Below, piece after piece: positions 1 through 7,236 of a stretch of 64,000 nucleotides of DNA (positions are counted from its first letter, which is position 1; each line of letters starts with the position of its first letter). The position numbers and the translations under genes were made by a program. The DNA comes from a virus, in IMG/VR virus record IMGVR_UViG_3300028393_000021, one strand, 5' to 3'. The notes below the pieces were generated by a model, which was not told the DNA's origin, made no database searches, and worked only from the letters and a program-made list of their open reading frames with translations.

Positions 1-44
1 ATCGGATAGACAATCCGGTGCCCTACCCAGAGGACTACTGTGGC
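1..44 (-). tRNA. tRNA-Asp(GTC), 5' part only (3' end lies outside the window)
   Basis: Minus strand GCCACAG-TAGTCCTCTGGGTAGGGCA-CCGGA-TTGTCTA-TCCGA: D arm and anticodon arm with GTC; truncated at position 1. Confidence 0.75.
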
Positions 45-49
45 AAAAT

Positions 50-124
50 TGGCATCCTGCACGGGTATCGATCCCGTTCCTACACCTTGAAAGGGTGTTG
101 ATCTAGCCAGTAATCTAGCAGGAT
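50..124 (-). tRNA. tRNA-Glu(TTC)
   Basis: Cloverleaf; anticodon arm ACACC-CTTTCAA-GGTGT, T arm ACGGG-ATCGATA-CCCGT, encoded CCA. Confidence 0.9.
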
Positions 125-130
125 ATAATT

Positions 131-204
131 TGGTGCTCCATGACAGAATCGAACTGCCGTAACCTGATTACAAAACAGGTGTAATACCATTATACTAATA
201 GAGC
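131..204 (-). tRNA. tRNA-Thr(TGT)
   Basis: Anticodon loop TTTGTAA, T loop TTCGATT, encoded CCA. Confidence 0.9.
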
Positions 205-209
205 TAATT

Positions 210-284
210 TGGTGGACCATGGGGGAATCGAACCCCTCAAGACATGATCATTGCAAGTGATCACCGTAACCCATTACTCAGCCC
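210..284 (-). tRNA. tRNA-Ala(TGC)
   Basis: Anticodon arm GATCA-CTTGCAA-TGATC, T arm GGGG-TTCGATT-CCCC, encoded CCA. Confidence 0.88.
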
Positions 285-290
285 ATATAA

Positions 291-373
291 AAACACACTA
301 CCAGTCCCGGGGATTCGAACCCCTTTCTCTTGTAGTTTACCACGACCTTTTCAGTCAGGCAAGTAATGTGTTT
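291..373 (-). ncRNA. tRNA-like structured element (T arm present, no canonical cloverleaf or CCA)
   Basis: GGGG-TTCGAAT-CCCC T arm enclosed by an 11-bp stem AAACACATTAC/GTAGTGTGTTT, lying between two tRNAs. Confidence 0.45.
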
Positions 374-378
374 GCATA

Positions 379-454
379 TGGCTCCATCTGTTGGATTCGA
401 ACCAACCTCTTCCGGTTAACAGCCGGGGGTACTCACCGAGAATACTAAGATGGA
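379..454 (-). tRNA. tRNA-Asn(GTT)
   Basis: Acceptor TCCATCT/AGATGGA, anticodon loop CTGTTAA, T arm GTTGG-TTCGAAT-CCAAC, encoded CCA. Confidence 0.92.
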
Positions 455-465
455 ATAGAATATTT

Positions 466-552
466 TGGTGGAACCCCAAGGAATCGAACCTCTTGCCTCC
501 ACCCACCTTATTTTGGCTACGATTTTACAGACCGCAAGCGGGAAAGGGCTCC
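466..552 (-). tRNA. atypical tRNA-Tyr(GTA) lacking a D arm, with a long variable region
   Basis: Acceptor GGAGCCC/GGGTTCC+ACCA, anticodon arm GCGGT-CTGTAAA-ATCGT, T loop TTCGATT; only 10 nt between acceptor and anticodon stems. Confidence 0.65.
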
Positions 553-793
553 ATTAAACACACTCTAACAGTTTATCTTTCTGCCTCTCTGTACTATGTA
601 CATTGAACAAGTGTGTGTATTAAAGCACTCTTCATGGATGAACCCACGTGTGTCCTTGCGGATAGAGAATGCTTTAATACGTAACCATTTTCTTTCCACA
701 AGAGGAAATGCCATCCGGTACGCCGCCCGTTTGCTCCAATGTTTTAAGTGCGGAGCCAGGACCTCGTTTCCTGTATATTCACACTTTGCGATA

Positions 794-946
794 TTAACGG
801 CCTCCGCAGAGATCCTCTCGCTTTCTAAAAGCTTCATAACTTTGAGCAGCTCTTGCTAACTTGTTCTGAATAAGTTGTTTAACCTGTTCAGGAGTTAGTG
901 TGTGCTGTCGAAGCCATTCTGCTTGTTTGATCTGTTTAGTATCCAT
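794..946 (-). CDS. small hypothetical protein (50 aa, MDTKQIKQAEWLRQ...)
   Basis: ATG with AAGGA Shine-Dalgarno; below the ORF-track cutoff; translated by hand. Confidence 0.6.
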   Translation of the reverse strand: MDTKQIKQAEWLRQHTLTPEQVKQLIQNKLARAAQSYEAFRKREDLCGGR

Positions 947-958
947 GTTCCTTGCGGA

Positions 959-994
959 AAACAAAAAACCCCAGGGTTTCTAATCCTGGGGTCC
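959..994 (-). terminator. intrinsic terminator / attenuator hairpin upstream of the tRNA array
   Basis: GGA-CCCCAGG-ATTAGAAAC-CCTGGGG followed by TTTTTTGTTT. Confidence 0.85.
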
Positions 995-1017
995 TTGGAA
1001 GTTAAAATGTAAACTTG

Positions 1018-1161
1018 TTACACTTTGGTCTCCTGGGACCCCGAGCTAATCTCCGGTGTGCGATCATAACTTGACAGACTATTAATCGCTAACCAGCTGG
1101 CGGACATGCATCCAACCTGTTTGGCTATCGTATTAAAATGTTGTCTTTGTTGCGATTGCAT
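1018..1161 (-). CDS. putative attenuation leader peptide (47 aa, MQSQQRQHFNTIAKQVGCMSASWLAINSLSSYDRTPEISSGSQETKV)
   Basis: ATG to TAA between a sigma70 promoter and the terminator; its last codons contain GGGGTCC, complementary to the terminator 5' arm GGACCCC. Confidence 0.65.
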   Translation of the reverse strand: MQSQQRQHFNTIAKQVGCMSASWLAINSLSSYDRTPEISSGSQETKV

Positions 1162-1220
1162 TTTGTTTTCTCTTTAAACCTTTTGTTTACATCAACAGCA
1201 CCATTGCTGCCTATGTGTTA

Positions 1221-1249
1221 ATTATACATTTATTTAGTCTCGTTGTCAA
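1221..1249 (-). promoter_or_regulatory. sigma70-type promoter of the leader/tRNA operon
   Basis: TTGACA-17 nt-TATAAT with extended -10 TG; spacer also contains TAAATA. Confidence 0.85.
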
Positions 1250-1324
1250 CCACTATTTGTAATTTTGACAAAATATTTTAATTTATTTTATCTAGTTGCC
1301 TACGGTACTTGCTAACTTAACTCT

Positions 1325-1353
1325 ATTGTACATTTATTTGTCTATCTTGTCAA
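1325..1353 (-). promoter_or_regulatory. second tandem sigma70-type promoter
   Basis: TTGACA-17 nt-TACAAT; spacer ends AAATAAATG like the downstream promoter. Confidence 0.75.
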
Positions 1354-1436
1354 ATACTTTTGGTAATTTATTTTGTTGTATTTTTACAACATTTTGTTGC
1401 CTGTTGTTCTTACTAACAAATCTCCATTGTATATTG

Positions 1437-2228
1437 TCATAACCTCAATGCTTTACGAATCTTAGTAGCACTAATATCAGTTACTTTTTTATCAAATGTT
1501 TCCTCACCTACGGTGTAGCCAACTCCTCGACCCCAACCAATATGTACGATGTTAGGAACAACTTGTATTTCGTATTGTCCTTGATACAACGGATCTAGAT
1601 CACGACGAATAAAACTTTTAACTTTTGCCACTTCAAATGGATTGTTTCCTTGCCATCCTTGTACATCACGTACTTGAATAATAACTTGTCCAGTCTTGGC
1701 CAATAGCCTTTCAAACAATGCACGATGTCCTTCATGCCATGGTTGCCAACGCCCTAGCATTTGTACTGTGGGTTTTTTCCAATCAAATACAGGACGCAGT
1801 CTATTGTCCAATATGTGTGCTGCAACAAACTCTCCCCACTTAACAGCATTTTGTTCTGTTATTCTGAAGTCGTATACCTCAGGTTCTACAAACATGGCAT
1901 TAGTATCAGCATAACGGCTTTCACGGATAGTGTCTACCCATACTGTCCAATCTGCTTTGAAGTTGTTACGCATTTCGACTAATGGTGCAACAAAGTCGCA
2001 GATCACATAGTCCATATCAATCATGGCATCTGCTAGATCACGCATACGTTTACTTTGACGAATACGGCCAGTTTCACTAAAATCCCAATCGTCATATTTT
2101 TTACGGACATCATCGGCATTTAGCCAACCTACACGTTTCCTATCTGCTTGTAGATGATCCACGATGTGTTGTGCTAGATAAGTCTTGCCTGCTCCAGGCA
2201 GGCCCATTATTAATATTTTTTTTGTCAT
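1437..2228 (-). CDS. bifunctional adenylylsulfate-kinase-like P-loop kinase + HxGH nucleotidyltransferase
   Basis: GLPGAGKT Walker A, LNADDVR and ICDFVAP (CysC-like); C-terminal GRWQPWHEGH. Confidence 0.75.
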   Translation of the reverse strand: MTKKILIMGLPGAGKTYLAQHIVDHLQADRKRVGWLNADDVRKKYDDWDFSETGRIRQSKRMRDLADAMIDMDYVICDFVAPLVEMRNNFKADWTVWVDTIRESRYADTNAMFVEPEVYDFRITEQNAVKWGEFVAAHILDNRLRPVFDWKKPTVQMLGRWQPWHEGHRALFERLLAKTGQVIIQVRDVQGWQGNNPFEVAKVKSFIRRDLDPLYQGQYEIQVVPNIVHIGWGRGVGYTVGEETFDKKVTDISATKIRKALRL

Positions 2229-2848
2229 GGGTAGAAATGTTTAAGTAATTTGTAAGTGAGAGAATAGTTATCTGGGCATGGAGTTTTAATTGAATTAATT
2301 TTTTCACTAAACACTAAATCTTCATAATGTAAATCTAAATCAAATGTAGCAGGATACTCATCTAATATTTTATTGAAATATTGTATTGTTCTGTTTATTT
2401 TATGAATTTGCATTATATTGATATTTGGAACATTTTTTTCATAGGGGGTATCTTGATTATAACCATAGGTTTTTCTTTGATGTGCAATATACAGACTTGT
2501 GGCTTGTGCAATAACATCTCTTCTTCGAATTCTTATTAAACAACAATTATGTTCACTAATAACATCTTTAACAATATCCGAGTATACCATACGTCTTTTT
2601 ACAGTATTAGATTTTATCAGATCGCCTGCGTGAAGTTTTAATACATATGGATCTTTATTATTAATAGAAGTAATTAATGATGCAAGACTATCTGGTTGAC
2701 CCGGTTCTATAAAAAGTTTCAAGCTAGGATATGAGGTTAATAATTGCTGAAAAATATCATATGTAAGAGCAGTTGAACCTGTACGTAGACTAGATAAAAT
2801 AATAACCGGTACTTTATTTATATTGTATAACAATTTATTTAACTCCAA
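2225..2848 (-). CDS. sulfotransferase-like protein (Stf0/P-loop sulfotransferase family)
   Basis: LSSLRTGST 5'-PSB-like loop, RIRRRDVIAQATS 3'-PB-like motif, HYEDL. Confidence 0.6.
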   Translation of the reverse strand: MELNKLLYNINKVPVIILSSLRTGSTALTYDIFQQLLTSYPSLKLFIEPGQPDSLASLITSINNKDPYVLKLHAGDLIKSNTVKRRMVYSDIVKDVISEHNCCLIRIRRRDVIAQATSLYIAHQRKTYGYNQDTPYEKNVPNINIMQIHKINRTIQYFNKILDEYPATFDLDLHYEDLVFSEKINSIKTPCPDNYSLTYKLLKHFYP

Positions 2849-3377
2849 TGATCATGTATCTGGTAAATTCCCAAGTAGGATATTTAAATTCTTTAAATCC
2901 TTTAAAGTAATATGTAGTTAACGGATACTGATTTACAAAACTATCTAATGTTGTACTATGTATTATATGATCATCATGTGGCATATTATTGCCTTGTAAT
3001 GCAACATGTGTACCATAGGGTATGTTATTCCACCAATCCATACTTTCAAAATGTTCTGTACTTGTATTAATTATAACATCAACATCTATTGGAACAACAG
3101 TATTACAATCCATTGTAACTGCTTTGAATTTCCAATCTTGCCATTTCCAATTTTCATTGATCATATCCGCCATAGCTTCACAGGTTGGATCAATATCTAT
3201 GCTACGAATTTCTTTTATTTGAATATTATTACGACTATATAACAAAAATCCAGTTAGGCCATACCAACCGCCATAGATCCATATTGTGTCTACTGAGTTA
3301 ACTATTTTTTCTAACTCTTCACACAACCAAATTTTACTACCGATCTGTCCACTAGAGAAAGCATCTTTGTTTAACAT
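2835..3377 (-). CDS. class I SAM-dependent methyltransferase-like protein
   Basis: IYGGWYG Gly loop, SIDIDP acidic motif, INTSTEH. Confidence 0.65.
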   Translation of the reverse strand: MLNKDAFSSGQIGSKIWLCEELEKIVNSVDTIWIYGGWYGLTGFLLYSRNNIQIKEIRSIDIDPTCEAMADMINENWKWQDWKFKAVTMDCNTVVPIDVDVIINTSTEHFESMDWWNNIPYGTHVALQGNNMPHDDHIIHSTTLDSFVNQYPLTTYYFKGFKEFKYPTWEFTRYMIIGVK

Positions 3378-3395
3378 TATCTCTCCATCGGTGTG

Positions 3396-3437
3396 TTAAC
3401 AACATCTAATTGTAGTGTGGGGTAAAATGAACTCCAT
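3396..3437 (-). CDS. 13-codon upstream ORF MEFILPHTTIRCC
   Basis: AAAGGA SD 8 nt before ATG; ends TGT TGT TAA just ahead of the methyltransferase SD. Confidence 0.35.
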   Translation of the reverse strand: MEFILPHTTIRCC

Positions 3438-3471
3438 GTCAGTGTCCTTTCATTAAATACCACTATTTAAT

Positions 3472-3493
3472 AAAAAAGAGCCTTTCGGCTCTT
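3472..3493 (-). terminator. intrinsic terminator
   Basis: AAGAGCC-GAAA-GGCTCTT-TTTT. Confidence 0.85.
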
Positions 3494-3575
3494 AGTACTG
3501 GTTACGCGAATCCAGCGACACGCTATTTTGTGCCCGATTTAATTATGTTTCCAAAAAAATTTCAGAAGCTAGGAA

Positions 3576-4220
3576 TTACTTCCCTAACAGACTGTCGACC
3601 TTTGCTTCGGCAAGGGTTAGACGATATTCGATGCTATCTAGTGCTGGGTCAGATGGGGTAGCAACTGCTTCAGCAACTTGCTCATGTACTTCAGCGGCAA
3701 CTTCTTCACCTGTTGCATTTGCAATAACTTCAGCAACTGCGGCTGCAACTTCAGCGTGAACTTCTGGTGCTGGAGCCGGCATGTCAGCAACTGCGGCCAA
3801 AATAGCCTCTGTGATTGCAGCTGGGTCAACTACAACGTCTGGTCCAGCTGTAACAACTGCCAAGACAGCGGCTGCAATAATATCAGCAACTTCTTGTTGA
3901 GTAACTGGCGCTGCTTCAAGTTGTGCTGAAACAACGTCAGCAACAATGTCAGAGGCTTCTGCGTGGTCAGCACTTGGTGATAGTGCAACTACTTCTTCAA
4001 CATCTACGGGTGCGTCACCAGCAGGTGCTGCAACAATAGCGTCAATGTGCTCTTGAGTTTGAACAGCAATCAACTGATCAACTTGAACTTCAACAAGTGT
4101 TAATCTTGCGTCTAGTTCTTCGATGCTTGTGGCAAAGTCTGTGTTAACTGTGGTTCCAGTTAGGTTGGCTAACTTAACTTCTACGGATACTAATCGTCCG
4201 GCTAGGTCGTCTAATCTCAT
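3576..4220 (-). CDS. acidic Ala/Val-rich protein with coiled-coil-like termini
   Basis: 214 aa; strong AAGGAG SD; TAAATA upstream. Confidence 0.75.
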   Translation of the reverse strand: MRLDDLAGRLVSVEVKLANLTGTTVNTDFATSIEELDARLTLVEVQVDQLIAVQTQEHIDAIVAAPAGDAPVDVEEVVALSPSADHAEASDIVADVVSAQLEAAPVTQQEVADIIAAAVLAVVTAGPDVVVDPAAITEAILAAVADMPAPAPEVHAEVAAAVAEVIANATGEEVAAEVHEQVAEAVATPSDPALDSIEYRLTLAEAKVDSLLGK

Positions 4221-4304
4221 GTGGTTCTCCTTAAGGTTTTATGAGTGTGTACCATTATAGTACACTATTATTTATCTATTAACTTATTACACAATTATTA
4301 CAAT

Positions 4305-5315
4305 TTAATATTTTTCAACCAAATTATCACGGAATATTTCCCAAGCTCGTTGCCAACTCCAACGATAGCTTACTCTATGCACATCAGCTCTATTAATTTT
4401 CAAACACTTGTCAACAGCTACTCGTAGACCTTCTCTACCTTCAGCCATAAATCCAGTTATACCTTGATCAATTACATCTTTGGGGCCTTGACAGTTATAG
4501 GCAGCAACCGGAGTGCCACAGGCCATGGATTCAATCATCACAATGCCAAATGTTTCCCACTTACTAGGAAACACAAAAACTTCAGCATTGGCATAATAAC
4601 GTGCTAGATCTACGCCGGTCTTGAATCCAGTGAATGTAACATCTGGATATTGTTTCTTGTATGTTTCCAGCATCGGTCCGTCACCCACCATGATCTTTTG
4701 GTAACCAGGATAATCTAATTCTAAGAAATCTTCTAGATTCTTTTCTTTACTAACACGGCTAACACATAACAAATATTTGCTAGGTAGCTGCTCTCTTAAC
4801 TCTGGTTTAAAGATCGTTCTATCAACGCCGCGTGTCCAAGGAATAACTTCGCCCTTAAATCCGTGTGCTTGTAATTCTGTTACCATGCTGTCCGTAGTGG
4901 TCAACACCTTGCCACTGTGTTTGTGGAACCAGCGAACAAAGTGCCAAGTTAAGAATTCTGGGATTCCAAATAGTTTTTTTAACCCTTCAGGAAATTTAGT
5001 ATGATAAGCGGAATTATGCCTAATATTAGCCAATGACAAATACTTTCTAGCCCAACAACCAAGAGGACCTTCTGTCGCGATGTGTATATAATCCGGAGCA
5101 ATCTCCTTGATCTTCTTGCCCATGTTACGGGGGTAGGCAAGTTTGACTTCGTTATATTTAGGGCAATCAATGTAGCTGAACCACCCGGGATGCAACACCA
5201 CAAACTTATAACCATCCAAAATCGCACATGCCTCAATATTCGTATAGGTCGTGACCACGCCATTAATTTGCTCCGGTAAATTATCCGTTATGATTAGGAT
5301 TGTTTTTTGTTTCAT
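4305..5315 (-). CDS. GT4 glycosyltransferase, Agt-like (glycolipid synthase family)
   Basis: QINGVV, PDYIHIATEGPLG, YHTKFPE, RVSKEKNL, ETFGIVMIESMACGTPV. Confidence 0.85.
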   Translation of the reverse strand: MKQKTILIITDNLPEQINGVVTTYTNIEACAILDGYKFVVLHPGWFSYIDCPKYNEVKLAYPRNMGKKIKEIAPDYIHIATEGPLGCWARKYLSLANIRHNSAYHTKFPEGLKKLFGIPEFLTWHFVRWFHKHSGKVLTTTDSMVTELQAHGFKGEVIPWTRGVDRTIFKPELREQLPSKYLLCVSRVSKEKNLEDFLELDYPGYQKIMVGDGPMLETYKKQYPDVTFTGFKTGVDLARYYANAEVFVFPSKWETFGIVMIESMACGTPVAAYNCQGPKDVIDQGITGFMAEGREGLRVAVDKCLKINRADVHRVSYRWSWQRAWEIFRDNLVEKY

Positions 5316-5384
5316 ATTGTATTTACTAATAATAAATTAAGCCATTGTCTAATAGGTTTCTCCGTCATTTAGATAAATAAAAGT

Positions 5385-6350
5385 ATGAAACAACAAATAT
5401 TAGAATACCTACAAGCATCTACTCTACAGAAGAAACTGATCTTTAGTCTGCGTAAGGCTTCTTGGTTTGGAGAGTTAGAAAAACAATTTGTTCAATTGAA
5501 CTTGCCAGCAGAGTGGAATCTACAGAGAAAACTGTGGCATTATTGGAACGAAACTAATATTGTTCCTTTATGCCCAATCTCGGGTAGGGAAAGAAAATGG
5601 AGAGACGGAGCGGCTGTTGAACGTATAGATATGCCCGGAATGAGCGAGGGATACAGTATGTTTGCTGATTACAAAGTAGCAGGCAAAGGTATTAAAAAAT
5701 TAGCCAAACAAACTCTGCTAGAAAAATACGGAGTAGATAACCCTATGAATCTACCCGGGATGTCAGAACAAAGAAAGAAACACTTTATTGAAAAATACGG
5801 TGTAGAAAATCCCAGTAGCAACGAACAAGTAAAACAAAAAAGAATCAATACTATGATGGAAAGACACGGGATTCCACATAATTTAGTAAATTGGCAGGAA
5901 AAGTTTTTTAATAAGTTTGGAGTCCGTAACCCTGCCCATGTTCCGGAAATTGCCGAAAAATTATGCTACAACAGATTTAAGAAAAGAAAAGAATATACGC
6001 TATCAACAGGCGAAATCATACATCTACAAGGATACGAACCGTTTGGGTTTGACTACTTGAAGACAAAATACCAAGAAAATCAAATACAATATCGTAAAAA
6101 AGATATGCCAGAACTATGGTATAACTGGCAGGAAAAAACTCGTAGATATTATTGTGATTTCTTTGTAGCAGACGATAACCTGGTAGTAGAGATTAAAAGT
6201 CCATTTACTTTGAGTCGCGATCTTGATATCGTAAAACAGAAAATCCGTTCTGCTCAAACCAAGGGACACAAAGTTCTCCTGTTAGTATTTGATCGCTATG
6301 GACAGGTCGCACTGTTACCGGCTGAAATTGATTTCCTACTAACTGAATAA
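5385..6350 (+). mobile_element. free-standing homing-endonuclease-like gene (EKYGVxNP repeats + C-terminal PD-(D/E)xK domain)
   Basis: Repeats LEKYGVDNP/IEKYGVENP/FNKFGVRNP; YYCDFFVADDNLVVEIKS motif; opposite strand to neighbours; TAAATA just upstream. Confidence 0.7.
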
Positions 6351-7083
6351 TAATCCAATCACCGTTGTGTGTTTCACACAAGGCAGTACAACTTTCTACC
6401 CAGTCCCCGGTATTACTGTACCAAACTCCATCTATTAGTTTTATTTCGGCCAAGTGTATATGGCCACATATAATACCATCATATCCGCGTTTCTTACAAT
6501 ACGCTGCCAGATTCCGTTCAAAGTGGAATATAAAATCCACAGCTTTTTTTACTCGTCCTTTAAGATACTGGCTAAGACTAAAGTACCCAAAACCAAAGCG
6601 ATGGCGTATCCAATTGAACCTACTATTAAGCGATAAAATGATATCATATGCTCGATCTCCTAAAAATGCTATCCAGGGTGCTAGTCTGGTGATGCCATCA
6701 AACAAGTCACCGTGAATGACTAGATAATGCTTACCATCGGCACCTATATGCTCTATTTGATTGTGTATTTCTACTAGACCAAAACTGAAACCATACGGAA
6801 TCATTGGTCTTAAAAATTCGTCGTGATTACCTGCAATGTATACTACTCTGGTGCCACGTTTGGCATGACCTAAGACCCTACGAACAACATTGGTGTGACT
6901 TTGTTTCCATCGCCATTTGTTCTGCTGTATGCGCCAGGCATCGATGATGTCGCCGACCAGGTACAAAGTCTCACAAGAGTTATGCTTCAAAAAATTATCA
7001 AGTTGCTCCGCCTTGCAATCTCTTGTTCCTAAATGTACATCACTCACACATATTGTTCTATAAGTTTTGAGTTTATTTGACAT
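6205..7083 (-). CDS. metallophosphoesterase of the LpxH/PlcP family (PlcP-like phospholipase C)
   Basis: SDVHLG, LVGDIID, GNHD, HGD, CGHIH, NTGDWVES; C-terminus overlaps the antisense endonuclease gene. Confidence 0.85.
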   Translation of the reverse strand: MSNKLKTYRTICVSDVHLGTRDCKAEQLDNFLKHNSCETLYLVGDIIDAWRIQQNKWRWKQSHTNVVRRVLGHAKRGTRVVYIAGNHDEFLRPMIPYGFSFGLVEIHNQIEHIGADGKHYLVIHGDLFDGITRLAPWIAFLGDRAYDIILSLNSRFNWIRHRFGFGYFSLSQYLKGRVKKAVDFIFHFERNLAAYCKKRGYDGIICGHIHLAEIKLIDGVWYSNTGDWVESCTALCETHNGDWIIIQLVGNQFQPVTVRPVHSDQILTGELCVPWFEQNGFSVLRYQDRDSK

Positions 7084-7236
7084 ACAGATATTTATTGTAA
7101 AATGTTTACCAGAATATTACAACTGTGTTACAAATATAAATTGCAAATACAAAGATCATAAATATCTACACTTAACACTACTGCTGATAAATATCTTTGA
7201 GACTTGCAGGATTTCATTAATTCAAGGAAACTTAAC

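Noticed and set aside
251-859. ORF-track ORFs 251..448, 391..606, 565..837 and 596..859
   Set aside because: They overlap tRNAs and structured RNA modules and have no SD or recognisable motif; most likely spurious
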